From contig VBBQ01000028.1 in NCBI GenBank assembly GCA_005888755.1, positions 78,040-142,039 on the forward strand: a stretch of 64,000 nt of DNA, given 5' to 3'. The stretch is from Candidatus Bathyarchaeota archaeon (GTDB lineage: Archaea; Thermoproteota; Bathyarchaeia; 40CM-2-53-6). Positions 26,837 through 37,293 of this stretch are shown here, in pieces. The notes under the pieces were generated by a model that ran no database searches, was not told the DNA's origin, and worked only from the letters and a program-made list of their open reading frames with translations. The position numbers and the translations under genes were made by a program. Each line of letters opens with the position of its first letter. Position 1 is the stretch's first letter.

Positions 26837-29800
26837 TCAGTTGTTCTCGCTCCTTGATGGCAGGGACACTACCTGGCTGCTGCCTTTGTCAATGAAGACC
26901 CCGAACACTCTCTCTGCTCTGGATATTGTTGTGTCCTTGAGAGAGATTACTATGAACTGGGACATGGTGCTCCTAGATCTAAGAAGGGTCGCCAGGCGTT
27001 TTGCGTTGACCACATCCAAATGTGCGTCGATCTCATCCATTACGTAGAATGGCATCGGATGGATTTGTTGTAGTGCGAGAAGATAGCAGACCGTTGAGAC
27101 AGATTTCTCTCCTCCACTGGCGCTGCCGATCGTGAGCTCGGTTTTTCCCGGGAACTGAAGCAAGACATCGAGTCCGCCCTCAAACGGGTTTTCGGGATTG
27201 TCCAGGGCCATTCTTCCATTTCCCTCGCCTGTCATCTCGCGGAAGATGCTCTGGAATGTCTCGTTGACTTTGTTGTACGCGCTCATGAATGTGTCAAGCT
27301 TCTTCCTTTCTAGTTCGTTCATGAATTCGAGGATGGCTAGTTTCTCCCGTTCGAGTTCTCCGATCCTGACGGAGAGGTGTTTGTATCCTTCTTTTTGCGA
27401 TTCGTATTGTTGCGCAGCAAGCTGGTTGATAGCGCCTATCTCGTCCCGTTCCTGTTCGAGGACGCGTTTCATGTCTTCAGCCTCCTTGATCAGGTCGGGA
27501 TGAGTCTCGAGCGGTTTCTCGAAGCCGAGACCTTTGAGTTGTCCTTTGAAGATTGTTAGTTGAGCGTCGACTTCCCTAAGGCCCGATTTTAGATCGGTCA
27601 CGCTTGCGTTGAGCGGGTCCATCATTTGCAGAAGCTTCCGAGTGGCTTTTTCGACTTCTACAAACTGTTCTTCGTACTTCTTTCTCTCATCTACAACGCT
27701 GTCCAGATTCCCGACTAGCCGTTCTTTCTCCTCGTTGAACTGTTTCATCTCTTTCTCTAGTGTTTCGAGTCGGTCATGCGCTTCGTTTGCGCGGGTCTCT
27801 TCGTGATGAATTTCGGAGTCAAGTGAGCGCAGTTGTATGCGGATTTGGTCGATTCCCGGCCGGAGTGTCTCAAGAGTGGATTGTTGGGAGGATAGATGTG
27901 ATTCTAGTTCGAGCTTCTCCCGAAGAATGACCTGGTTTTCTGCGGCGGCCTGATCTCGCTCCGTCTCGAGTTGAGAGAGCGCTGACCTTCTCGAGTCAAT
28001 CCTAAGCTTCGTCCTCTCTTCTTCGATAACTGCGAGGTGCCTCTTCATTTCTCCCTGCTTTTCCGCGGTCTCTTCTAGCAGCGCTCGCTCTTTTGTCATG
28101 GAGCTTACGAGGCTGTCAATTCGTCGGGTGGTCTGTTGGAGGAAGGTTCTTGTTCTCTCGAAACTTTTCTTGGCAGTTTCTACGTCTCTTGCCAAGGCTT
28201 CTCGGGTCTTGCTCGCGGACACTCGGTCCTCCAAGAGCTCGTCAAGCTCGGTCTCGATCCGATCAACGTCGGACCGTGAACGTTGCACAACCGTCTCCAG
28301 GGACTTGACGGTTTTCTCAAGAGTTTCAAGAGCGGTAGATCGCGGAACTATGTTCGAAATCTCGAGTGGGGCTCTGTAGTAACCGCTCTCGAGGCCTCCT
28401 CCGGGTTCGTACAAGTCTCCGCTGGTTACAACGCATCTCTGTCCTTTGGCTGCAGTTAGAAACGCTGCTCTTTGCGTAGTGGCGAGTATAGTATCGCCGA
28501 ATACGAATTGGACGGCGGGAGCAATGGACCTATCGGATCTTATGACCTTTGAAAGTGGACCGATTATCCCTGGTGCCTGGTCAGCGTTGAGCTCGTCGTC
28601 TGGTAACTCGAGATCGTCTAGGGGTACCATCTTGACGCGTCCTAGCTTGGTGCGTTTTAGGCTCTCTATGCACTTGATTGCCACCTCAAGGTTCTTGACG
28701 ACTAGCGCTTTCATCCAGCCTGCGCTCGCCGCTTGGATTGCCTTGCCGTATTCTTCTGGAAACTTGACGAGCTCTTCGAGCCGTCCGTAGACGCCTTTCA
28801 GCGCGCCTTCATCGGACATTTCTTCGATCTTCTCGATCGCTCTGTCTTCTGCTCCAAGGCTGTCCGCTAGGTTCTTTTGGGTGTTGAATTCGACGACTGT
28901 GACACGCGCTCTCTTTGCGATTTCAAGGGCTTCGTCGATCTCTTTTCTCCGCTGGTCTTTGAGTTCGCCGTAGTCCTTTGTTTTCTGCTCGATTGATTCG
29001 AGTCGTTTTTCTTCTTCCTTCTGAAGCTTCTCCATTTCGCGGATTCTGCTCTTCAGCTCTTCCGAGAGCTGGGCGAACTCTTTCTGGCGTGCTTCTAGCG
29101 TTTGCAAGTGGCTGGCGGTGAGGTCGAGTTTTGTGGAACTGCCTTTGCTCTGGGCGGTTAGGTTTGAGAGTTCTTTGCCAAGACCATCGATCTCGTCCTG
29201 GACCTCGCTTAGCTTCTTAGCGTCCTGGTCAATTGATGATCTGGCCGCAGTTACTTTTTGGCTTAGTTTTTCAACGTTGGACGTGGACTCCTCCAGCTTG
29301 TCTTCGACGATTTTCCTATGTGACTGGAGGCTTTTGATAGAGCTGGCTAGTGGTTTGCTCGATGTTTCCATCTCTTCCGCTTGTCTTGTGAATGAGTCGC
29401 GTTGTTTTGTCCGGGTTGAAACTAGAATCTTAGCTGTCTCCGCGGTGGATCTTGCTTCGACGATGCCCTTGCTGGCTGCGGCGATGCGTCGTTCGATGTC
29501 AAAGAGTTCCTGATTTCCTTGGGTGACTGTCCTTTCCTCAAAGCTGCGTCTTTCCGCTTCGATCTTCGCTCTTTGCTGCGTTAGCTCTTCTCTTTCGCGT
29601 CTCACTTGATCGAGCTTGATCTGTTCCTGATCGAGCGTCTGTAACATTTCCTGGTGTCGTGTTTCGAGTGCTAGGATCTGGGCGGAGAGGATGCGGGCTT
29701 GTTGGCTGTTTATCTCGGTCTTGAGAAGGTTGGACCGTAGAAGGTCGTTTCTTTCTCTTTCAAGCTGTTCTATTCTCTGTCGGACCTCGTCAACTCTCGC

Positions 29801-30373
29801 GGAGGCGACTTTGAGGTTCAGATCCGCTTCCGATAACTGCACTCTTGCTTCGGCTTTCTTTGTCTCGAAGGTTCCGATTCCGATTAGGCTCTCCAGAATC
29901 CTTCTTCGTTCTTCTGTGCTAATCTCCGCAAGCCGGGTGATGGCGTGTTGGGAGATGAGATTGAATCCGGTGACTTGTATGTCAGCGGAGCTCATTATGT
30001 CCTGGACTTGTTTTCGGGAGAGGCGTCGTCCGTTGAGCCGGTAGATTCCCTCTCCACCTTTCGAGAATTCTCTGGATATTGTTACGAGGTCAGAGTCGAC
30101 TGGTAGCTTCCGGTCGCTGTTGTCGAACTGGACTGCGACATAGGCTGACCGTGCTCCTTCACCCTGGGACTTGTGGACTAGGTCGGATAGGCTTCTGCCT
30201 CGGAGTTCTCTTGGGCTGAGTTCGCCGAGCGCGAACTTTAGACTGTCAAGGATGTTTGATTTGCCGGATCCGTTGGGTCCGGTTATGACGGTGAATCCGG
30301 TTCCGAGGTTGATAGAGACCTTCTTGTTGAAGGTCTTGAATCCTCGGATGTCGATTCTCTTGATGAACACCAA
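26837..30373 (-). CDS. smc: Chromosome segregation protein SMC
   Basis: 1178 aa. N-terminal Walker A FTVITGPNGSGKSNILD. Long coiled coils and a hinge. C-terminal LSGGEKS signature and Walker B VMDEIDAHLD. Confidence 0.9.
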   Translation of the reverse strand: MVFIKRIDIRGFKTFNKKVSINLGTGFTVITGPNGSGKSNILDSLKFALGELSPRELRGRSLSDLVHKSQGEGARSAYVAVQFDNSDRKLPVDSDLVTISREFSKGGEGIYRLNGRRLSRKQVQDIMSSADIQVTGFNLISQHAITRLAEISTEERRRILESLIGIGTFETKKAEARVQLSEADLNLKVASARVDEVRQRIEQLERERNDLLRSNLLKTEINSQQARILSAQILALETRHQEMLQTLDQEQIKLDQVRREREELTQQRAKIEAERRSFEERTVTQGNQELFDIERRIAAASKGIVEARSTAETAKILVSTRTKQRDSFTRQAEEMETSSKPLASSIKSLQSHRKIVEDKLEESTSNVEKLSQKVTAARSSIDQDAKKLSEVQDEIDGLGKELSNLTAQSKGSSTKLDLTASHLQTLEARQKEFAQLSEELKSRIREMEKLQKEEEKRLESIEQKTKDYGELKDQRRKEIDEALEIAKRARVTVVEFNTQKNLADSLGAEDRAIEKIEEMSDEGALKGVYGRLEELVKFPEEYGKAIQAASAGWMKALVVKNLEVAIKCIESLKRTKLGRVKMVPLDDLELPDDELNADQAPGIIGPLSKVIRSDRSIAPAVQFVFGDTILATTQRAAFLTAAKGQRCVVTSGDLYEPGGGLESGYYRAPLEISNIVPRSTALETLEKTVKSLETVVQRSRSDVDRIETELDELLEDRVSASKTREALARDVETAKKSFERTRTFLQQTTRRIDSLVSSMTKERALLEETAEKQGEMKRHLAVIEEERTKLRIDSRRSALSQLETERDQAAAENQVILREKLELESHLSSQQSTLETLRPGIDQIRIQLRSLDSEIHHEETRANEAHDRLETLEKEMKQFNEEKERLVGNLDSVVDERKKYEEQFVEVEKATRKLLQMMDPLNASVTDLKSGLREVDAQLTIFKGQLKGLGFEKPLETHPDLIKEAEDMKRVLEQERDEIGAINQLAAQQYESQKEGYKHLSVRIGELEREKLAILEFMNELERKKLDTFMSAYNKVNETFQSIFREMTGEGNGRMALDNPENPFEGGLDVLLQFPGKTELTIGSASGGEKSVSTVCYLLALQQIHPMPFYVMDEIDAHLDVVNAKRLATLLRSRSTMSQFIVISLKDTTISRAERVFGVFIDKGSSQVVSLPSRSENN

Positions 30374-30412
30374 GGCTGGGGCCCTGGACTCACTCGTAAT
30401 CGTAGCGTGTTC

Positions 30413-31195
30413 TCATCGGCCGAATCTTCTGTAGCGCCTCTGGTAGAGTCTGATGGCCCTTAAGAAATCGATTCTTCGAAACTCCGGCCAGTAAACATCC
30501 ACGAAGACAAGCTCGCTATAAGCGGCCTGCCACAGAAGGAAGCCGCTCAACCGTTCTTCGCCCGATGTCCGTATGACGAGGTCGGGGTTCGGGTTGGGGA
30601 GGTGCGCGGTATAGAGGTATTTGTGGAATATTCCCTCGTCGATATCTTGAGGTCTCAGGTGTCCTTGGTAGACATCGTCGACGATCTTCTTGGTAGCGTC
30701 GACGATCTCTGCGCGTCCGGTGTAGGCGATTGCGATGTTCAGGAAGTGTCCGGAGTACTGGCTTGTCTCATCCTCTAGTTTCTTCAGGGCGTCTTGGAGG
30801 CTTTCTGGGAGGAGGTCTGTTCTGCCAAGGGCTTTGACCCTGACTTTCTGTGTGTGGAGGCGCTTGTCTCTCCCGAGTTTCCGGGCTTCTTCCTCGACGA
30901 GTTTGAGGACGGCGTTGACCTCTTCGGCGGGACGATCGAAGTTCTCCGTTGAGAACGTGTAGAGGGTGAGAGTCTTGATTCCGTATTCAAGGCACCAGTC
31001 CAGCACTTCTTCTCCTACTTTGGCGCCGATAATGTGCCCGTCGTTGGGCTGGAGTGCTTTTGCCTCCGCCCATCTTCTGTTGCCGTCTAGTATGATTCCG
31101 ATATGTTCGGGCAGAGGTTTTCCCTTGACCTGTTCGGTTAGCCATTTTTCGTAGGCGGTGTATACTCCCGCGATTCTGAGCAGGCTGTCTAACAT
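30413..31195 (-). CDS. uppS: Tritrans,polycis-undecaprenyl-diphosphate synthase (cis-prenyltransferase, UppS)
   Basis: HIGIILDGNRRWA motif. The ORF track starts at 31252, but Met20 (31195) fits the family N-terminus and avoids overlap with the upstream gene. Confidence 0.8.
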   Translation of the reverse strand: MLDSLLRIAGVYTAYEKWLTEQVKGKPLPEHIGIILDGNRRWAEAKALQPNDGHIIGAKVGEEVLDWCLEYGIKTLTLYTFSTENFDRPAEEVNAVLKLVEEEARKLGRDKRLHTQKVRVKALGRTDLLPESLQDALKKLEDETSQYSGHFLNIAIAYTGRAEIVDATKKIVDDVYQGHLRPQDIDEGIFHKYLYTAHLPNPNPDLVIRTSGEERLSGFLLWQAAYSELVFVDVYWPEFRRIDFLRAIRLYQRRYRRFGR

Positions 31196-31995
31196 GTTTG
31201 TTCTTTGACCTCCGGTTTGTTCAGCTGGGCTTGGGCGAGCGCTCTTCCACAAGAGCAGCCCTCTCTCGAGTCAGGTGTCTTACCTATAGCTTCTATGAGA
31301 ATCTTGTTCAGGATCTGACCAGTTTCTCTCCCTTTCTCTTCTACCTCTCTGGCTGAAAGTGTTCGCTGGAGTCCGGCCGCCATGTTGGAGACGAAACTGA
31401 TGGATGCATAGCAGAGTTCGAGCTCTCTTGCAAGGAAAGCCTCTGGGGCACCCGTCATTCCGACGATTCCGCCGCCGAGGGCCTTGAGCATCCGGATCTC
31501 TGCCGGCGTCTCGTATCTGGGGCCTTCAGTGCACGCCATCACAATATCATTTCGGAGGTTCTTCTTATTGTCGGAGCCGGCGCTGGCTATCGCATTTCTC
31601 AGGGTTGGACAGTATGGCTCGGACACGTCAACGTGGGTGACTGGGGAGCCATCGTAGAAGGTTCCTCGCCGCGATTTTGTAAAATCGATCAAGTCTGAGG
31701 GAATAACGATCTCGCCTGGTGCGAGTGAAGCGTCGATTGCACCGACAGCGTTGGTCGCGATTATACGCTCGACGCCGAGACTTTTGAGTCCCCAAATGTT
31801 AGCTCGATAGTTTACGTTGTGGGGTGGGGCCGTGTGTCCTTCGCCGTGTCGTGGCAGATAGATTGCATCGCGTCCTTTGACTTGTCCAATGGTCAGGGAT
31901 GGGGTTGGACCGTAAGGTGTTCCTATGATCTTTTCTTCGCCTCTGACGATGGATTTGACTCCTGAGCCGCCGATGACCGCAATTGGAGGTTTCAT
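31189..31995 (-). CDS. mtnP: S-methyl-5'-thioadenosine phosphorylase / purine nucleoside phosphorylase (PNP-I family)
   Basis: 268 aa. IAVIGGSG, EGPRYETPAEIRMLK and GMTGAPEAFLARE motifs. Confidence 0.85.
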   Translation of the reverse strand: MKPPIAVIGGSGVKSIVRGEEKIIGTPYGPTPSLTIGQVKGRDAIYLPRHGEGHTAPPHNVNYRANIWGLKSLGVERIIATNAVGAIDASLAPGEIVIPSDLIDFTKSRRGTFYDGSPVTHVDVSEPYCPTLRNAIASAGSDNKKNLRNDIVMACTEGPRYETPAEIRMLKALGGGIVGMTGAPEAFLARELELCYASISFVSNMAAGLQRTLSAREVEEKGRETGQILNKILIEAIGKTPDSREGCSCGRALAQAQLNKPEVKEQTC

Positions 31996-32756
31996 TCTTC
32001 TTCCTCGTAGAGCGCGCCTAGCTCGTGGAGCGAGAGCTTTGCGCCCTGGCTGAGTTTCTTCTTCGCCGTTTCCTTCAGGTTTTGTTTGTGGGTTTCTTCT
32101 TTTTGGCGCTGGCTCATCTTATCAGCTAGATCGATTGATTTTCTGACAACCTGGTATTGCTCGTCTGTGTCTTTGTATTCTCCGCGGAGCTGGTTTAGGG
32201 ATTTTCTGACATCTTCCTGTTTTATCTTGAGTGCTTGGAACCGTTCGGAGAATATCACAGTCTCTTCATGATGTTTCTGGCTTTCTTCTGCGAGTTCCTG
32301 GATTTTGGAGTGGAGCTTGTCTGCTTCCTCGTTATCTTTGGCAACCTCGTCTCGTAGTCGTAGGAGCTTCTTTGACGCTGTTACCTGGATTTCTAGGGCT
32401 CGGATCTTTATCATCAAACGCTTCTCTTCCTCTTTGCCTAACGGGACTGCTTGTACCTGCCACTCAAGCTGTTGCAGCTCGTGTTCGGCTGTTACGGACG
32501 CGAGTAGTTTGGGCGCTGTTTTCTGGAGAGTCTTGAGCTTTGTAATGTTCTGTCTTGCTTTGTCTCTTAGGTTATCGCGGGTTTTCTTGAGGGCTCGGAC
32601 TGTCTCGTTCAGCTCGTCGCGGATCTTCCTACTTTCTTGTAGTTCACTCCGGGTCTTATCGAGCTTTCCTCTTATTTCAGAGAATTCTCCTAGAAGTTTT
32701 CGTTCGTCGGTTTTGATCCGCTGGCGCTCGTCTGCGAGCGTGTCGAGATTGGTCAT
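31992..32756 (-). CDS. Archaeal coiled-coil protein (COG1340-like), hypothetical
   Basis: 254 aa, almost entirely heptad-repeat, K/E/R-rich. Confidence 0.5.
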   Translation of the reverse strand: MTNLDTLADERQRIKTDERKLLGEFSEIRGKLDKTRSELQESRKIRDELNETVRALKKTRDNLRDKARQNITKLKTLQKTAPKLLASVTAEHELQQLEWQVQAVPLGKEEEKRLMIKIRALEIQVTASKKLLRLRDEVAKDNEEADKLHSKIQELAEESQKHHEETVIFSERFQALKIKQEDVRKSLNQLRGEYKDTDEQYQVVRKSIDLADKMSQRQKEETHKQNLKETAKKKLSQGAKLSLHELGALYEEEE

Positions 32757-32854
32757 AGCTGGATCCCCCGTTTGGATGGGCGACGGGTTCTGATCCTTGG
32801 CATTGGGGAAGCCGCCTTATAGACGTTCAACTCTCAATATCCACGAGGAGGCTG

Positions 32855-33544
32855 GTGGCGTTGGAGCGGGTTGGGACTCGCTTGTCCATGTTCGGGACTG
32901 TTCACGTGGACCCTGCCAGCGGAGCTGCTGTTAGGGATACTATTGTCGCGTTGAAGCCGGAGGTTGTGGCCTTGGAGTTGGATGAGGCTCGGATGATGGC
33001 TCTTGAGAATCCGAAGGCTCAGAGCGGACGCGGCGCTGGAGTATCGTTTCTTACAATGGCCTTGTTGGAGAAGTTTGCGGGCCAGATGACCGGGTCGCCG
33101 CCGGGAACTGAGATGCTGGAGGCGGCGAAGGCTGCGAAGGCTGTCGGGTCCCGAGTGGAGTTTATCGATCTGCCAATCACGAGTACTGGTGCGGCGTTGA
33201 GGAAGCTGCCGAGGAAGGAGAAGGCGAAGCTGATGGTTGACGCGCTGCTCAGCCTTGTGGTCTTGCCTTTCAGCAGGATAAACTGGTCGAAGGTGACCGA
33301 GGATATGGACTCACAGATCGGGGCTTTCCGGAAGAGGTATCCGGTCTTGAGCAGAATACTGATCGACACGCGCGAGGAGTACATGATCAACCGGTTGAAA
33401 CGGGTATTGGACTCGACGACTGGGCAGGTCTTGGCGGTGGTAGGGTTCGGGCACCGAGCCTCGCTGGCGCGAGCCTTAACAGGGTATATGGAGGGACCAG
33501 GGTTTGCAACGGGCTACTCCTGGCAAGTGTCAACGGGCAGCTGA
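32855..33544 (+). CDS. TraB/PrgY family protein
   Basis: 229 aa. GTVHVDPASGAAVRDTIVALKPEVVALELDEAR matches the TraB N-terminal signature. Confidence 0.6.
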   Translation: MALERVGTRLSMFGTVHVDPASGAAVRDTIVALKPEVVALELDEARMMALENPKAQSGRGAGVSFLTMALLEKFAGQMTGSPPGTEMLEAAKAAKAVGSRVEFIDLPITSTGAALRKLPRKEKAKLMVDALLSLVVLPFSRINWSKVTEDMDSQIGAFRKRYPVLSRILIDTREEYMINRLKRVLDSTTGQVLAVVGFGHRASLARALTGYMEGPGFATGYSWQVSTGS

Positions 33545-33699
33545 AGGGAAACCTAGGGTTCTGCTGGCGGCGGTTTTAGGACCATTTCACGAAGGGCCAC
33601 GGAGGAAGGAAGCATAGGCACAGGGAAGTGAACGTGGATTCCAAGCGTTTTCACGAAGGAAGCGGCGCGGGAAAAACGACCACCCATGGGGTCACATAA

Positions 33700-33735
33700 T
33701 AGTTAGCAGAAAAAAATAGTTACAGAAAAAGAAAA
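33700..33735 (-). terminator. T-rich tract on the minus strand (plus strand gcagaaaaaaatagttacagaaaaagaaaag) downstream of the 33737..34567 gene; archaeal oligo-T terminator candidate
   Basis: Runs of A7 and A5 on the plus strand (T-runs on the coding strand of the upstream minus-strand gene). Confidence 0.3.
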
Positions 33736-33736
33736 G

Positions 33737-34567
33737 TTACGACTCAAGCACTGTCTTGTCAGGCTTTTCTTGACCTTTCGGGTCGTGGTGGGCTGATTTC
33801 GATAGCTCCCGAAGGAGGTAGGCTATGGCGTTGTCAAGCCTAGCACTAGAATCGGGGTCCACGCTGTAAACATGGAGTTGGATTAGGGTTCTGATTCCGC
33901 CCTCGCGGCCACGCGGATGGGACTTAAAATAAAGTCCGGGAAACGCCTTGCGCGTACGGTCTAGAGCGGGCGCAAGCGCTGACTCGATAATTCCCACTAG
34001 GTCTACGGACACTTCCTCAGGGGCTTCCCCCTTTGAGGCTCTCAGCATCGGAATGACCGAGCCGGTGAAGATCGCTTTCATCTCGGAAGGAACGCCTGGA
34101 AGGGAGACTAGCCTCGTTGTGCCAACGCTGATCATAACCCCTGGCGCGGTCCCAACAGGATTTGGCAAGGGCTTAGCTCCCTCTGGGAAAGTGGCCATTT
34201 TTCTGCGAAACCGGGTTAGACCCGTGGAAGCTTCCAGCTTACTGTAACGGGCTTTGACCATTGCCAAGGCTCCCGGGTTCAGTATGAGCCGCTTGTGAAG
34301 GGCAAGTGCGACGCCTTTGAGGGTCATGTCATCATGGGTTGGCCCGAGACCCCCAAGTGTGATCAAGAGATCCGGCTTTCGGCGAAGCGCACCTGTAACC
34401 CCATCCTTTATCGCCGCTAGAGAGTCGCGAAGAACTGTGATCCTCAGAAGAGTCCAACCGAACCTTGTGAAACGTTTCGCCATCCAGTGGGAATTGGTAT
34501 CCAGCGTATGCCCGATTAGCAACTCGTTGCCAACAGAGATTATCTCCGCCGTCGGCGATTTCTTCAC
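33737..34567 (-). CDS. CinA-like molybdopterin-binding (MoCF-biosynthesis) domain protein
   Basis: 276 aa. AEIISVGNELLIGHTLDTNSHWMAKRF and LLITLGGLGPTHDDMT motifs of the CinA N-terminal/MoaB-MogA fold. Confidence 0.7.
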   Translation of the reverse strand: MKKSPTAEIISVGNELLIGHTLDTNSHWMAKRFTRFGWTLLRITVLRDSLAAIKDGVTGALRRKPDLLITLGGLGPTHDDMTLKGVALALHKRLILNPGALAMVKARYSKLEASTGLTRFRRKMATFPEGAKPLPNPVGTAPGVMISVGTTRLVSLPGVPSEMKAIFTGSVIPMLRASKGEAPEEVSVDLVGIIESALAPALDRTRKAFPGLYFKSHPRGREGGIRTLIQLHVYSVDPDSSARLDNAIAYLLRELSKSAHHDPKGQEKPDKTVLES

Positions 34568-34592
34568 TCAGCCATGCCCTCGAAGAACCGGA

Positions 34593-35288
34593 CTAGTGTT
34601 TCTCCAATGAGAGAACAGCGGCCAGTGCCCCAGAGAGAGCGCGGTTCGCGTCCTTCCCGAAACCGATAATCACGAGGTCATTTTCAGATGGATGGAAGAA
34701 TTCTCGAATTCGAGCGTCTTCACGTGGTGATAGCTCGGCAACCTTCTTGTTGTCAGGTGGAATCGAGAGCTTTCCGTTGACAACAGCTATTGTTAGGGTT
34801 CCTTCGGCGCCTACCTTGATAGCTTCGTCCCTTTGTGAGACTCCTGTTATCCCGGGCTTGTACATTTTCGCCAGGTGGACTCCTACCGAGACTTTGCCAG
34901 GGACGAGTTCTGTCTCATCTAGTGTTTTGATCTCGCGCACGGCGATCTGCTTGAGATATTTCTGCAATGTCTCTCGTCCTTGCCTGGAAAGCTTGACGCC
35001 CGTTCCTTCACCAACTTCAACCAGGCCCTGTTCCGCGAGCCTCTCCAACAAACCACGGGTAACACCGTCGTTGATCTGAAGCGCCTGGGCAAGAGCGCGG
35101 CGTCCAACAGGACCTTGTTCGTCGATGAGAACTAGGGCGTTTAGAAGCTGGACTGTAGTAAGCTGGGGAAGCGGACCCCTCGCTCCACGACGCCACTTGT
35201 CCAGCATTTCCTCTAACATAAGATTCGACAGCCGGAGCGATCCGGCCGATGAAAAGTTAACTCTTCCCAAGAGACCAGGTGTGTTCAT
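34593..35288 (-). CDS. Putative wHTH transcriptional regulator, hypothetical
   Basis: 231 aa. RRALAQALQINDGVTRGLLERLAEQGLVE looks MarR-like wHTH. The C-terminal domain is unassigned. Confidence 0.45.
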   Translation of the reverse strand: MNTPGLLGRVNFSSAGSLRLSNLMLEEMLDKWRRGARGPLPQLTTVQLLNALVLIDEQGPVGRRALAQALQINDGVTRGLLERLAEQGLVEVGEGTGVKLSRQGRETLQKYLKQIAVREIKTLDETELVPGKVSVGVHLAKMYKPGITGVSQRDEAIKVGAEGTLTIAVVNGKLSIPPDNKKVAELSPREDARIREFFHPSENDLVIIGFGKDANRALSGALAAVLSLEKH

Positions 35289-35323
35289 TAAGACTTCATT
35301 GTCCGGCGCGTATCATCGAAGCA

Positions 35324-36652
35324 CTAGTTGCTCACTGTTTTCCCGCAGTTAGGGCAGACGAGTGTCCCACGGGAGACCATTGTGGCGCAATGGGGACACC
35401 ATTCAAAGTCTCTTTGCTCAACATGTCTCTCATCAAGGACTCCCTGTGCCTTGTCAGACTCGGTCTGGGCATTATCCACCTTCCCCGCATACGTGTAATC
35501 GAGCTTCGGAAAGTTGGTCGTTAGCGGCCTTCCTTTGATCCAAGCGGGAGGTGGTACGAAGCAAAATCCTGACACTAATCCCCTCAACCTTTCAAAAACG
35601 CCAGCTTCCTGAGTAATCATGACAGTGAGACTCCTCCCCGCCTTGGGTCTGACTATCAGGTGTCCACGTCTTATTGTGCCAGGCGTCTTGAGATCTATCT
35701 GGGAGATATCCTCCCTCCGAATCTCAAAGTCTCTCTTGCGTTCCAGTTCGTCTATGGACACAGGATCTCCGAAACGCAATCTTCTCTGCCCCCAAGCAAT
35801 GATAACTAGAATGATCGGGAGGGCGATGAAATAGGCGTACGCAGGCGAAACTCCGACAAGGATGCCAATTGCTGAGACTCCGCCGATTGCCGCCAACGCG
35901 GCAAGGACGAGTATTACAACAAACCATCGGCTGGTCCTAACTCCCATGATTCTCTGAGAAGTAAAGTAGACTCCATACCCTCCCCCAAAGTTGCCCTTTT
36001 TCTTCAAGCCCCCGGTCATGAGGCCACCGAAGTATTCTTCTTTCTCGCGAGTGAACTCACGCCAAGCGGCGACTCCAGCGGACAGCTGTTCTTGTTCGAC
36101 TAGTAGGGATTCGAGATTTCTACCTTCAGGGTGAAGAAGCAGCCATTTGTTTCTGAACATCTTAGTAACAAAGTGCAAGTCAGCTAGATCCAAGACCAAA
36201 ACTACTCCGACTAGGACAAATCCGAGTAGCCACCAATTGGAAAATGCGTCCAGAGAAGGCAGGATGCCGACTAGTACGCCAACTCCAATTATATAGACGA
36301 AAGAGAACATCGCGAAGATGCTACTCCAGCGATTCCAACTGACGTCCCATTTGTAGAAGCCAGGGTGACTACTCTGGAAATGCGAAGATCGGGAAAGTTT
36401 GCCCTCCCGGCCTCCGCCGAACTCAGTCCCACAAAGCTGACAAACATAGTTCCGAGCGTAGATTTTCCACGGTGCAATTCCGATAATGCCGACAATCAGT
36501 CCTACAACGAAAACTGTGGTGCCAGCGGGCGTGAAGTGGCAATCTGGAGTTGGCTGGCCGGGGGCAGCCAAGCATTGATTAATTCGACCGCTATAATACA
36601 CCATCCCCAGTCCAAGAAACGCCATAACGGTTTCGATGGTGTTCCTTTTCAT
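35324..36652 (-). CDS. Membrane protein with N-terminal zinc ribbons and C-terminal PH-like domain, hypothetical
   Basis: 442 aa. CPHCATMVSRGTLVCPNCGK and CQLCGTEFGGG motifs, multiple TM helices. C-terminus paralogous to 15161..15598. Confidence 0.5.
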   Translation of the reverse strand: MKRNTIETVMAFLGLGMVYYSGRINQCLAAPGQPTPDCHFTPAGTTVFVVGLIVGIIGIAPWKIYARNYVCQLCGTEFGGGREGKLSRSSHFQSSHPGFYKWDVSWNRWSSIFAMFSFVYIIGVGVLVGILPSLDAFSNWWLLGFVLVGVVLVLDLADLHFVTKMFRNKWLLLHPEGRNLESLLVEQEQLSAGVAAWREFTREKEEYFGGLMTGGLKKKGNFGGGYGVYFTSQRIMGVRTSRWFVVILVLAALAAIGGVSAIGILVGVSPAYAYFIALPIILVIIAWGQRRLRFGDPVSIDELERKRDFEIRREDISQIDLKTPGTIRRGHLIVRPKAGRSLTVMITQEAGVFERLRGLVSGFCFVPPPAWIKGRPLTTNFPKLDYTYAGKVDNAQTESDKAQGVLDERHVEQRDFEWCPHCATMVSRGTLVCPNCGKTVSN

Positions 36653-36738
36653 TTTCTCCTTCCGTCGCTAGCCTCAATTGGGGTTTCCAGTTTAATAATG
36701 GACGATTTCCGTAACTTCGCAACCTACAGGATCTTAGG

Positions 36739-37239
36739 GTGAAGATCAACGTGAGCGAACTTCGGGTGAGGCCTCTTCAGACATCGGATCGCAATTGGGT
36801 CGCGTCCTTCACCAAGTCTCACTGGGGTTCCGAAATTATCGTCGCCAAGGGCCGGATAATTCGCCCGGCTGAACTTGATGGTTTTGCAGCTTCCAAGGGA
36901 AAAGAACCAATCGGTTTGCTGACCTATAGAATCGAGGGTCTTGATTGCGAGATTGTTACGATAGATAGCACCGTTGAAGGTGCCGGAGTTGGAACAGCAC
37001 TGATCAACGCTGTCAGGAAAATAGCGAAGGCGAAGCGCTGTAAGCGGCTCTGGCTCATAACTACGAATGACAATCTAAACGCCTTAGGGTTCTATCAGAA
37101 AAGAGGTTTCCGAATCATAGCGGTCCGTCCCAATGCTGTGGATGAGGCTAGGAAATTGAAGCCTCAGATTTCCTTGAAGGCGGCGAACGGGATTCCGATT
37201 AGGGATGAGTTGGAACTAGAACTTGAGCTGTCAGAGTAA
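36739..37239 (+). CDS. GNAT family N-acetyltransferase
   Basis: 166 aa. GAGVGTALINAVRKIAKAKRCKRLWL...GFYQKRGF. Confidence 0.75.
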   Translation: MKINVSELRVRPLQTSDRNWVASFTKSHWGSEIIVAKGRIIRPAELDGFAASKGKEPIGLLTYRIEGLDCEIVTIDSTVEGAGVGTALINAVRKIAKAKRCKRLWLITTNDNLNALGFYQKRGFRIIAVRPNAVDEARKLKPQISLKAANGIPIRDELELELELSE

Positions 37240-37293
37240 GACGGTTCTTCCAAGATGGGATACTGTCAGACGGGATTTCTAAGAATACTATCG

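Noticed and set aside
27198-30434. Multiple plus-strand ORFs (27198..27503, 28098..28379, 29118..29513, 29691..30044, 30171..30434 and others) inside the smc locus
   Set aside because: All lie antisense to the 1178-aa SMC gene and are Ser/Leu/Arg-rich, typical shadow ORFs of a GA-rich coiled-coil coding strand. No independent motifs.
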